The notes under the pieces were generated by a model. The model saw nothing but the letters and a program-made list of their open reading frames with translations. It made no database searches and was not told the origin of the DNA. Below are positions 1 through 11,009 of a stretch of 64,000 nt of DNA, in pieces. This DNA comes from Setoptus koraiensis (lineage: Eukaryota > Animalia > Arthropoda), in the NCBI GenBank assembly GCA_048013815.1, contig CM106585.1, positions 20,398,001-20,462,000 of the forward strand, in the 5' to 3' direction. The position numbers and the translations under genes were made by a program. The stretch's first letter is position 1, and each line of letters starts with the position of its first letter.

Positions 1-18
1 TGTGCATCAGTTAGTGTG

Positions 19-61
<43 letters not shown>

Positions 62-155
62 TGTTGAATGTGAACTCCCTGCAAGTCTCCCATGCACTTT
101 AGTAGCCTGGATGCTGAACAAGGATCGAATTGGCGACCAACAGCAACAGACACAC

Positions 156-185
156 TGGCTCACAACAAGTTGTGTGACTCACAAG

Positions 186-233
<48 letters not shown>

Positions 234-600
234 GAACACCACAGCCACAGGAGCGCTATTGCGAACCATATTGCAGTACACACAGGCAGACAGGCACACA
301 GAAAGACACACTGATGAAAATGGACAGACGCACAGACACACACACAATCAGCATGTGCAGTGCCGAAGCTGAAGAACAGCGCGCACACACACACACTCAC
401 ATTGGCTCACAACAAGCTGTGTTAGTCACAAGGGTTTGTGTGTGTGTGTGTGTGTGCTGTAAACAGCACAGCCACAGAAGCACTGTTGCGAACTACAGTG
501 CACACACACACACACACACACACAATCAGAATGTGCAATGCTGAGGAACAGCACACACACACATACAGACACACACACACACTAACAAATCTACTTACAG
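156..600. repeat. Two tandem ~247-bp units, each carrying a (TG)n tract followed by a (CA)n tract
   Basis: TGGCTCACAACAAG begins at 156 and again at 403. Each unit continues ...CACAAG.GTTTG(TG)nCTGT.AACA.CACAGCCACAG...TTGCGAAC...(CA)n...AATCAG.ATGTGCA.TGC. A further (TG)n tract lies at ~14-56. Confidence 0.8.
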
Positions 601-1008
601 TCTGATGAGAGGAGGGAAAGAGACATGCACACACACACACACACTCACACACAAGGGCTAGCTATGGGGAAGCGAGCGAGAGAAAGAGCGAGCGATCCCT
701 CTCAGATTTCATCGATTTCCAAGCTAGAGGGCAGACACACAAACATTAGATCAGGTTGAGCCGATGAATAGCATGATTAACTCCAGCCTAATTTAATTAT
801 TATATCTATTATTATTATTACTACGGCTACTATTATTAATATTTGACTTGTAACACAAATCAGCTTCCATTATCACTATTATTATCATTATTGCCTATTG
901 ACTATTACCATTAATTAATTGATCTATTATTATCTATATAAATTCATTAGTGCTACTCATTACACTACCGACAGCAACACCACCACCACCACTATTATTA
1001 TTACTATT

Positions 1009-1971
1009 ATGGATGACCTGCATCCAGAGGAACAGCATGTGGAGGACGAGGACGAAGAGGAGGACGAAGATGAAAATGTGATTACCATTGAACAAGTACA
1101 CATAACTGTTACATGCGCTCAATTATGCCACAAACTTGAAGAACTCAATATTATTGGCATAAAGGACTTTGATTTTTATTTACAAGATAAACTATTAGTT
1201 CCAAATAAATCTATTATTACGCAATGCAATCTTGTTGAGGGAGCAACTAAGCAAACTAAATTGATAAATGTTAAATTGTATATCGATCCGGAAGCTAGAA
1301 GAGTTAATATCATAGACATACTTAAGCCACCCGATAATTATAATAATAACAACAATAATTTCAATAATAATCATCATCATCAAGACACTACAACAGCGTC
1401 CAATTCTGGTTCAGGTACATCATCTACAACTAATAATAATAATAATACTAATCATCCTGCTCTAACTAATACAAATATCCAAAACACAACAGCATCGTCA
1501 GCACACAAAGATCAGATCCATAAGCGCCTAATGGGTATCAAAGCATCAGCGCAATCAAACCAGAGCTCCGCAGGTGGTGGATCTACAATAACCGTGCCTA
1601 CATCTGGAAATAGAACAGGCAATAATGGTCAAATCCAATTGTGGCAATTTTTGCTAGAACTACTCACAGATGCTGATTGCAGAGAATTCATACAGTGGAT
1701 TGGCACCGATGGAGAATTTAAATTAAACAATCCAGAAGGTGTTGCGCAGCTTTGGGGTCTACGCAAGAATAAGCCCACCATGAACTATGAAAAACTTAGC
1801 CGAGCTTTAAGATATTATTATGATGGTGACATGATTGCCAAGGTTCATGGCAAGAGATTTGTTTATAAGTTCGTTTGCGATCTTAAAGGTCTGATAGGCT
1901 ATGATGCTAAAGAGCTTGATAGGTTGGTTAGCCAGACAAAAAACAAACGAAATAACACTAATGTAATGTAA
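1009..1971 (+). CDS. Ets97D: ETS transcription factor, GABPA/Ets97D ortholog (N-terminal GABPA ubiquitin-like domain + ETS domain), single exon
   Basis: The ETS domain [18 protein letters not shown]...[45 protein letters not shown] is GABPA-diagnostic. The N-terminal FYLQD...QC...VNIIDILKP segment matches the GABPA N-domain. First ATG is at 1009; the track start at 919 is a non-ATG codon. Confidence 0.92.
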   Translation: MDDLHPEEQHVEDEDEEEDEDENVITIEQVHITVTCAQLCHKLEELNIIGIKDFDFYLQDKLLVPNKSIITQCNLVEGATKQTKLINVKLYIDPEARRVNIIDILKPPDNYNNNNNNFNNNHHHQDTTTASNSGSGTSSTTNNNNNTNHPALTNTNIQNTTASSAHKDQIHKRLMGIKASAQSNQSSAGGGSTITVPTSGNRTGNNGQIQLWQFLLELLTDADCREFIQWIGTDGEFKLNNPEGVAQLWGLRKNKPTMNYEKLSRALRYYYDGDMIAKVHGKRFVYKFVCDLKGLIGYDAKELDRLVSQTKNKRNNTNVM

Positions 1972-2372
1972 TCCTAGGCTTGTAATATTATATTAAACTA
2001 CCCATACCTATATATCGTATAATCTATTACATTCTGTCAGTTGACTTGACATCATTTATTATCACCTATTATGATTGGATTAAGATGTAATAAAAACATA
2101 TCCTGCAGCATATGCATTTAACTGTTCTGACAATCACCGAAATTCTACGGCCTAAGGTTCGACCGGATATCCTCAACCCGGGTAGTGAAGCCGAAGGGCA
2201 ACTCCAATCATTCATCGAACGTTAGTTAAATCATTGATGTGTGTATTAGAATCTGAAAATCTTTATTTGTACAAGAAATTTGACTTCACTCCTTTAACAG
2301 TTAGAATATGATGCAACTTCAATAGAAGAAGGCTAATGAAATTCTTGGTAGGTTATATGATCACCCACCATA

Positions 2373-4051
2373 CTACTTTATTGTTTCCGCATCCTCTTCT
2401 GAAAGACCTAGCTCAACGAGCTTAGCTTTCCAAGCGGCTTTCTCCTCCTTATTTCGTCCCCTATTGAATTTCTCTTTCTCCGCTGGGGTCATGGCTGGTA
2501 AAACTTTAGAGATGACTCCAGTGCCTAAAGTGACTCCACCCTCTCTAACTGTGAACCTGAGACCTTGTTCTAGAGATACTGTTTTTTTAATCTAATCATG
2601 TTGCATGTGAAAATGCGTTTGAAAAAACAACTGAGTTAGTTATGAATTGTCATGAGAGATTTCTGGAAACTAAATCGGTTACCAGTCGAAAGAAATGTTT
2701 TACCTTGAGTAAGACTGTTGCATCCTCTCCACCAACAAGCATATCCCTGTCATTTATATTGACCTGAGATAATAAGTCGAACGTCCTACCATACATGATC
2801 ACATTTTGGGTTGACACCAGAGGCTTGGCGCGACCTCCTTCCTCTTTTTTCAATACATATAATTGTGCCTCTGCCATGTCTGTCGGTTTGACAGATCCAG
2901 GGGCAGCCACAACCATCCCGCGTTTGACTTCCTCTCTCTTGAGACCTCTTAGTAACACGCCGAGAGAATCACCAGCTTGGGCCTCCTCCAAAGTTTTATG
3001 GAACATCTCGATACCAGATATTGTACTTTTAACAAAACGATCCAAGCCTGTCACTTCACATTCCATACCCTTTTTGATGGTACCTCTTTCTAGCCTTCCA
3101 ACTGCCACTGTTCCACGCCCAGGTATAGAGTGAACATGCTCTATTGGTATCAAGAACGGTTTATCTAAGGGTCGGACTGGTGTAGGGATATACGTATCGA
3201 CTGCTTCTAGAAGTTTTGTTATTGACTCTGATCCAAGCTCTGGTTCACGATCTTCTAATGCATATAATGCTGAACCGGTTATAATAGGTGTGTTGTCTCC
3301 ATCAAAACCGAGGTCAGTCATAAGTTCTCTCAGTTCCATTTCGACAAGCTCAATAGTCTCTTTGTCGGCAACATCTGCCTTATTTAGGTAGACAACTATT
3401 TTTTCAATTCCAATCTGCTTGGCCAATATAAGATGTTCTCTAGTTTGAGGCATGGGCCCATCTGTGGCTGCAACTACGAGGATAGCCCCATCCATTTGAT
3501 TTGCTCCTGTTATCATATTTTTAATATAATCCGCGTGACCTGGACAATCAGTATGACCGTAGTGCCTTGCCAGCGTTGAATATTCCACATGAGCTAGATT
3601 GAGGGAAGAACAATAAATGATGACGGGATAGAGTTGTTCAACTTGATTCGAAAACCAGCAAATGATGATTTATATGATATGATCTGTACTTACCACTATT
3701 GATGGTTATGCCTCTCTTTCTTTCTTCGGGAGCATTATCAATGTCGTCATAAGATTTGACTTTAGCTAGTTTCTTTTTGGCCAATAATTTGGTTATGGCA
3801 GCAGTAAGAGTAGTTTTACCGTGATCCACGTGTCCTATGGTTCCGACATTACAATGTGGCTTGTCACGTTTATAGATCTTAGCATTACCAGTTCCAGGAG
3901 GGCCAGGTGGCTTTGGTGGAGCAGCGTAGTTACGTTTGTGATCGAGATAGATATAATTGAGGTTGGAGGCCGGGCTGAGTTTGAAAGCTAACTGGTGGCT
4001 TAAATTTTGTTTAATGAGGCCAACACCAAGTCTTCTACAGACAGCCTCCAT
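2373..4051 (-). CDS. TUFM: Mitochondrial elongation factor Tu; exons 4051-3694, 3593-2704, 2591-2373
   Basis: Motifs [48 protein letters not shown] and [12 protein letters not shown] introns at 3693-3594 and 2703-2592 restore the frame. The basic N-terminal extension is consistent with a mitochondrial targeting peptide. Confidence 0.96.
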
Positions 4052-4621
4052 TTTAGATCGTAGGGAGGTTATGTATGAGGATCTTTTAAATTGTAATATG
4101 GAGAAATGTCACGATATTTGTCACATGGATTGGTTGAATGGTGATCTAATCGTATTTGAACAACGCGTTACAGAAAATGTGTTTTCATCTCGTACCGCAT
4201 GTTTCGCTATGAGCTTACACGGATCTAACCGCTTGGCGGCGCTACAATAGCAGTAAAATATCACTAGCCCGAATGTTGCCATCAATGGCAGTTTTCGATG
4301 GTCATGTAAACGACCGCTGTACCGGTAATGTAACATGGGTAGTGCGCCAGTATAGCTAGCCATGCCCTGAGAAAAAGTTTTAAGAATAGCCAATTTAGTT
4401 GGATGCAGATAGTAGTTGATTAATCATCGGCATCATTTCAGACAATCGCGAGAAGTTATTTATATGTTGAGGCTAAGCTCTATTATCCAAATTCGATTTA
4501 TCTCGCACAATCTGACTGTGCTGATGGTTCGTAAACAGAAGGATTGAATTCCTCGCAAAAAGTTATGTTGGTCAATTTGGTTTTTATTGATTTCATTACA
4601 GTCACCGCTCTCAGCGAAAAT

Positions 4622-5131
4622 TCAGTAGTTGAGATAATCAAAATTACCATCATGCTCCGCGTTAGGCTGGAACAACTCTTTCAAACGCTTAACAGTTTTC
4701 CTTATATTGCTGGCGAATCTACTGATGTAGCATCTTTCAGGTTTCTCTTTCATCTGGCCAGTGTCTCCTCGTGAAGGAAATGAACCTGGGCCAGCTACCG
4801 TGTCCACACTGATGCTTTCATAGTCAGTTCCATCCCTTGGAGAATCATTATTTGATTCAAGATTCGAGTCAGAGGGCAAATAAACTTCACGATTTGAAGC
4901 AACAGTCAAATTGGGGTCTGAATGCTCATCTGTCGTCTCAGTTTCCTCATCCTCCAACAATTGATTGTCAACCTTGTTTTTTTCTAAGGTTCGATAGCGT
5001 AATCTGCTCACAGGAACGCGGAAACGACTTGTATTTATACCTCTTCTATTTCTGCCGACAACTTCGGAAGATTCAATCGTAATAAATAGGGTAGCAATCA
5101 AAACGGCTACCCAGAGTAATAACGCTTTCAT
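4622..5131 (-). CDS. Hypothetical secreted protein (~169 aa)
   Basis: ATG at 5131 gives MKALLLWVAVLIATLFITIES (signal-peptide-like), then a basic RNRR/RLRYR segment, an acidic middle and an amphipathic C-terminus. No recognised family. Confidence 0.6.
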   Translation of the reverse strand: MKALLLWVAVLIATLFITIESSEVVGRNRRGINTSRFRVPVSRLRYRTLEKNKVDNQLLEDEETETTDEHSDPNLTVASNREVYLPSDSNLESNNDSPRDGTDYESISVDTVAGPGSFPSRGDTGQMKEKPERCYISRFASNIRKTVKRLKELFQPNAEHDGNFDYLNY

Positions 5132-5539
5132 TTTGTACTCCAAGTTTTTATTCAAGGGATTATATATATTTTTCCTTGTTATCCTGCTTATTAATTTTAC
5201 AATTAACACAAATTCACTTCAGATAAGTGGCGCGACTGTATGGCGAACATGATTTTTACTACATGAGACAATGTTTATATAGAGATGAAAGTTTGTTGAC
5301 ATCAATCGTCAACCAAATACTCGCTATTTGTTGATTAACGCCAAAATCACAGCGGTGTCCTCTTGCATCACGTGTGTTGATTATCGATAAATTCTCAAAG
5401 GGTAGAATAGACTGATTACATCTTTTTATGATTGTTTTTCTATACTATGATTTTCGTCACAGATCCTAGCATTGTCCGAACCATATCAGTGCAAGAACCT
5501 TATGTAGTTGAAATTATTTTCGTTATCAAAACTTCCATG

Positions 5540-5573
5540 AAACTGACTTCCTCCATTTTGAGGAAGTCAGTTT
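5540..5573. repeat. Perfect 14-bp inverted repeat with 6-nt spacer
   Basis: AAACTGACTTCCTC (5540-5553) - CATTTT - GAGGAAGTCAGTTT (5560-5573). Confidence 0.9.
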
Positions 5574-5925
5574 ATACTACGGCCCTAGAGGAGTTTTTCT
5601 CGCACCTCTTTCGAAAACTGCACTGCTAAAGTGTTCTTTGAATCAACGACTTCTACCTCTCGAGTAAGTGAATTCTTCGTACTCGATTACGAAACAATCA
5701 AATATTCTTGTGCATGTATTATTAGATCTTGTGATGCTCCCCTTACTGAACAAAGATAATTAAACACAATCGTCGTGGAATGATTCCAACGTGAGGACTC
5801 TTCACTATACATTAAGTTTATTATGTGGTCTATAAGTGAGTTGTGATGTGAGCAGGACAATTGTTGTGCGTTTTTCTGAATAGTTCATAATAATTTAAGG
5901 AGCCCAGTATTAAGAGAGTTTAATA

Positions 5926-7580
5926 TTAGTTGATAAAAAATTTGCCAACGTGCGAAGGATTATTTTGTGGATTGTACGGTGAAGACAATGTTTGTCTTTG
6001 TTGTCTCATAGCGGCTGGACTAACGGCCGACAGAGGTGCCGGTGCCGAAGCGGAAGCTGAAGAGGAAGTCCTTCCTCTCAAACCTGTTCCTTGTTTCAAA
6101 TTCGTTGTGTCCTGGTGGGATGCAGCGGCCACTGGTCGTCTTGGACGCTCATCCATGTCGGCAGAGTTTTGATCATAGCCAGTTGGGAAATCGCTATCAA
6201 TGCCATCGATATCACTGCCCGGTCCATCTCCAACAATATCGCTGTCATCATTGTCTCCTTGAGAAGAATCGCCACCATTACCATGCATAGCGTTTTGACC
6301 GGCGGGCTCTTTATAATTCAGCTGATTAGTAGACTGTTGATCGGGACCTCCAATGGCTGGTCCACCGCCAAATCCTTGAGGTGGTCCATCGTCATCTACG
6401 TTAGATCCTTCGGGCCCAGACGGGCCGTCGTAGGCACCATCATCGTCAGGTTCGTTGCCGCCTCCTGAGGCCTCATTCTTGTCTGCCATGTAAGCTTCAT
6501 TGGGGCCGGGTCCGAAACCTGGACTCTCTTGTTGATTGTGACCTGATTCCCTTCTATCTGAATCGTCTCCTCTTCCATGATGATTTCTATTGTAGGACGC
6601 TTCTGTTCTCAATGATGGCATTTTTTGAGGACCTCGTCTATTGAAATAAGTGTCATCAATGCCTGAGTTGTAATCATTGGTATTGTGATTTACATAATTG
6701 CGCTTATGGTTGTGATTGGTGCTGCTACCTGTTATTGCACCACCATTGTTGTTTTGCGGCCCTCGCTTACTATGTACCAATGGTGCTCCCTGTGGTCTAC
6801 CTACTGGCCCTTCATTAGCGGGGCTGCTGCCCTCGTCATCGTAATCGCTTTCATCGTAATAACCACCAGAATTAGTTGTTGAACCAGCAGGATTGCTAGG
6901 CGATGCCTGTTGTGGTCCATCATATTTTTGATTAGGCATTATTTGTTGATTGTTATTGAGTTGATTCCAGTTTTGATTGTTATCGTTGGATTGTTGTTGT
7001 TTTTTGTTGTTATTGATTCCTGAACCACTATAATGAGTTCTCATGATATCATCGATATCATTCGGCTCAGCATTAGCCATATAGGCATCTATGTGGGTAT
7101 CAGATGGAGTATGTGATAATAGAAATGAGTCAGTTATTCTTATTGCGATATCTCACGTCATACATGTCCCACCGTAGATGACACATTTCAATTGGGCTGA
7201 AATCTGTGTGCACTTTACAGATTATACTTACCCTGATTTGATTCTGCTGTTTGCAATGATTGAGCATCGCTAGCTGGTCGCGCTAATTGTTCTTTCGGAG
7301 CTAACGATTGAGAGTTTGGCGCTAGCATTGGCCTAAACTGATTACTATTAGCACCCACATTTTGTTGTAATAGTTGGCCTTGTTGCGAAGGATATTGTTG
7401 CTGACTGTTGGTCAATGAAAACAAATGCTTGTTACTTGCAACATTTTGATTGTTCAATGTAGCTGATGGTGCCAGAGATGGCGCTTGATAGAGTTGACCA
7501 GTTAACTGGGCATTCGTTATGATGGGCAGTGACGCAAGTAGTAGATATGATATGGATAAAACAAACATCAGGTGGGTCAT
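5926..7580 (-). CDS. Hypothetical secreted low-complexity G/D/N/Q/S-rich protein; exons 7580-7232 and 7088-5926
   Basis: Signal-like MTHLMFVLSISYLLLASLPIITNA (alternative upstream ATG at 7625). Donor CAGG|GTAAGT and acceptor CACATAG|AT join the two track ORFs in frame (NQ-D-AYMANAEP); intron 7231-7089. Confidence 0.72.
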
Positions 7581-9491
7581 AATAGATTTATTTGTTTCTT
7601 TAGCTACACTTGTTGCTCTTGCCATTGTTGATTGTTGGCTGATTGCACTTGTCGGAATTATGATAGTACTCATGCTTGCTTGGTGTCTTGTTTTATTGTT
7701 GATGCACTTTGGTTTCGACAACATGCTCTTGACTTTTCTTTTGATACTGAAGCTAGCACCAATGGACTGTGATGAATGGTAAAATCTGTGTTGGATGTCG
7801 CTCTTATGACAATGTCTTACTGATGAATGCTTGTACTTGAAGAGATCAATTGAATTGCTGATGATGATATGGTTATATCCTTTCTGATTGCAGCGTCTAT
7901 ATTGACTGGACATATCTTCTGACTATAAAATACTGTTGCTGTTATCTTGCTTCAAGCTCGCGACAACAAGTGTTAAATATCTAGTCTTAGAAGACTGTTT
8001 GTCTCTCTTTTATCTTTTAGCTGTTAGAATACTTTTCTCTTTCGAACTCATCTATTCTGACGCTAATCTACGATTGAGACTCTGTCATGTCTCACTTTCT
8101 GTCGCTAAAGAGAATCATCTTCACACCAGTTACGCAACAAATGGTCATCTTGTAATATGTACTTTTACAAAGAAAGAAAATCACAATGTAGAGCAACACA
8201 ACAAGTGAAAGTTGCTAGGCTTGTGTCAGGTGGGCGTTTGCACTGTCCCATAAAATATCCCTCGACTATTTAGGTGCTGAAATGGTAACGTAACGGTGAT
8301 TAACAAACGCCTCTCTCCTCCAACTAGAAAAAGAAAATGGATCCGATAGTTCGAAGCAAACGGAAAGGTGTGAAGGGGGTTTTCAAAGCCACTACCTAAG
8401 GCGAGTAATCACTATTGACAATGACAGCAGAGAAACTGTGACCTCTAGCAACTAAGATATCATAGGCTGTGATTCATAGCCGAGGTAAGTTTAAAACTAC
8501 AGTTGAGAAAGCTAAGCACAGAATGTTTTTTTGAGTTTTCTCCTCTAAAAAGTGGATGCCTTTCACTAGTTCTCCGTTCTTGTTGATGATTATCATCAAT
8601 AATAAAGTTTAGTAACTGAACTGACTAAGTAACTGGTAAGTGACTGATGTTCAGGAAATATAAGCAAGCGAGAAAACGCCAGCCAGTCAAGAGGCTTCGA
8701 TTTACATGCACTGCCGAGCAGTCTTTTCTTCTCTCTTTTCTCTTGCTGCCACTTTCATTGTTGTAGTTGTTACTACTACTATTCAGTTGTAGTGTTTCGC
8801 CGATGTTTGATTACATATCACATACACAAAAAAAGTGATTGAGAGCCCGGTGAGAAAGCTACATTCATCTAACAATGATGAATACAACTGTCATGATCGT
8901 CATTGATTTTTTCAGTCATCTTTAAGCTTGAATTTATGCTATAGAAACTTCGGTGCAAAAGCTGTGACAATGAATGAGAGCAGTTCCAATGTAGAGAAGG
9001 AACGACCCTTCGATAATCAACGGTGTCTAGAGAGTCTCTAGTAGAGACAGATGTGGATTGTAGTTATGGTGGTGGATAGTAGTAGTTGTAGTCGCAAGAG
9101 TAGTAGCGGTAGCGGCTGGTGGAGGCAGTTATAGTGGCAGTAGTTGTAGAAGCAGTAATAGTAGTTGCAGAGGTTGTTTTTGTTATGACTCTACCCGGCT
9201 TGTTCAATTGGCACAAATCGAATGTAATGATGGCGGTAATAATTACCTTGAGAGGCAACTAGTGAACTAGGGACAAAATCAGATAGTGATGTAACGATAA
9301 AAGAGAGCGATCCTGAGAGAAACCAGGGAAATCATGTCGGAAGCGGATATGTTATTCAAAATCGATTGTTCATTGTCGAACATGATGATGATTATCAATT
9401 GTATGTTAGTTTTAATTTGACACTATTGTACAATAATTGTATACTTGAATACAAGCCTCAAGAAGTTGTTAAAGTAAGAAAAGATTATATA

Positions 9492-10610
9492 TTACATTAT
9501 GATTTCTTCTTTCCAACTAGCTTGCAATTGATAATATATATCATCTGGCAATCGATTCAGCTCTCTAGATGCCACGATTAAGTATTTGCAAATCTGTTGA
9601 AAAGTCAATCTCTCACTTGACTTTGACTTCCAGCAGCCATTTAGTATAATCTTAAAACCATCTGGGAATGTTGACGGAATAGGTAAGTTCAATGAATTAT
9701 TGCCCACACCATACATTATGGCCCAGCTGTCGAGATCCTTGTAAGGCTCTTCACGTGTCAATAGTTCCCATAATACAACACCAAATGACCAGATGTCTAC
9801 CTTGAATGAGTATGGTTCACTTCTTATCATCTCTGGTGCCATGTAAGCGAGGGTGCCCGCGAATGTCATTCTACTTGATTTTTCTAAATTGGTCGTTTTA
9901 TGAGTGCCGAAATCTGATATTTTGAGTACATCATTGTAGGTCAACAGAACGTTGTCAGATTTCAAATCACGATGAATTATTTTTTTTGAATGTAAATATT
10001 TCATTCCACCAGCAATTTGTTGAGTCCAGTCAGTCAATTTGCACGGTGGCACCTGTCTACCGGACTGTAGGAGATCATGCAACGTTCCAAAAGGGCAGTA
10101 TTCCATGATTATATAGTAACGTGGTGGGTCTTCCTTGCAAACGCCCAAAAATGCAACTATATTTCTGTGTCGGAGATTTTTCAGGTGATGAATATTGGTT
10201 TGAGATTCATCGTTTACACATTTGACAGCCACGGGGGCATTGTTTATTTCGCCTACGAACACTGCCCCTTGAGAGCCTCTCCTAATAAAGTTTAAATTTC
10301 TTATGCTCTCATAAGGAATCTCCCATGCGTCATTTGTTTGTTGATTGTAAGCGTTTTGATTGTTGGTATGATTGACTATTTGTGACCAAAATGCCATAAG
10401 ATTCGTGACTAGACTTGAATGTTGTTGCAACAATTGATGTTCCACATGTTGCTCTTCCACACTACCCTGGTCATCATTGTGTTGAGGACGATTGCTCATT
10501 GCATTGTATGAATTATTGCTGCAAAAAAAATCCAATTGGAAATTGGAGTCCTTCATTCTGGATATTGATGTATTATATCTTGCGTCAGTTTTGAGAATAC
10601 AGTAAACCAT
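9492..10610 (-). CDS. wnd: DLK/LZK-type MAP3K (wallenda, MAP3K12/13 family), single exon, ending at the start of the leucine-zipper region; start codon uncertain (10610, 10556 or 10499)
   Basis: WEIPYE, G.QGAVF, VAVK, IIMEYCPFG, HRDLKS, ISDFGT, FAGT.AYMAPE.IR.EP.S.KVDIWSFGVVLWELLT, YGVGNNSLNLPIPSTFPDGFK and SWKEE match DLK family kinases. Confidence 0.88.
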   Translation of the reverse strand: MVYCILKTDARYNTSISRMKDSNFQLDFFCSNNSYNAMSNRPQHNDDQGSVEEQHVEHQLLQQHSSLVTNLMAFWSQIVNHTNNQNAYNQQTNDAWEIPYESIRNLNFIRRGSQGAVFVGEINNAPVAVKCVNDESQTNIHHLKNLRHRNIVAFLGVCKEDPPRYYIIMEYCPFGTLHDLLQSGRQVPPCKLTDWTQQIAGGMKYLHSKKIIHRDLKSDNVLLTYNDVLKISDFGTHKTTNLEKSSRMTFAGTLAYMAPEMIRSEPYSFKVDIWSFGVVLWELLTREEPYKDLDSWAIMYGVGNNSLNLPIPSTFPDGFKIILNGCWKSKSSERLTFQQICKYLIVASRELNRLPDDIYYQLQASWKEEIIM

Positions 10611-11009
10611 CAAGTCTAAAAATACGTGAATATTAATATCTCGCACAAAGAGACACGTGTTTCAAGTGTGGCCGTGACTAGTGTGTGACACATAATCTGT
10701 GACCAGTGGTCACTGACCACAAAGGATTCTCTAGGGCGACCTCTGGCGGTGAATACGTCTCGTAAGTGGCACTTTATGCGATAAGTACTTCTGTACTAAA
10801 CGCCCAATAAAGCCAAATATTCATGAACATCAAATGTGAAGGAGGCGGCAAGTCCGAACGATCGTGAATACCTAGACCGGGCATCATTCGGCATATTTTG
10901 CACAGAACAACACGTGTTTCTACTGTTTACTATTAAAATATAAAACAGGCTGTTTTAAACAGCCCTCAAAAATACGCAAACAAAAGACAAGAAACGATTC
11001 CTGGCTAAA

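Noticed and set aside
18-652. Five track ORFs rich in CV/HT repeats
   Set aside because: They are translations of (TG)n/(CA)n microsatellites, not proteins.
2150-2215. GGTTCGACC B-box-like word suggesting a tRNA gene (similar words at ~4987, ~20508, ~44116)
   Set aside because: I could not build a cloverleaf, an A-box at the right spacing, or an acceptor stem.
2373-4051. EF-Tu as a bacterial contaminant or horizontally transferred gene
   Set aside because: It has two canonical spliceosomal introns and an N-terminal targeting-like extension, so it is the ordinary nuclear-encoded mitochondrial factor.
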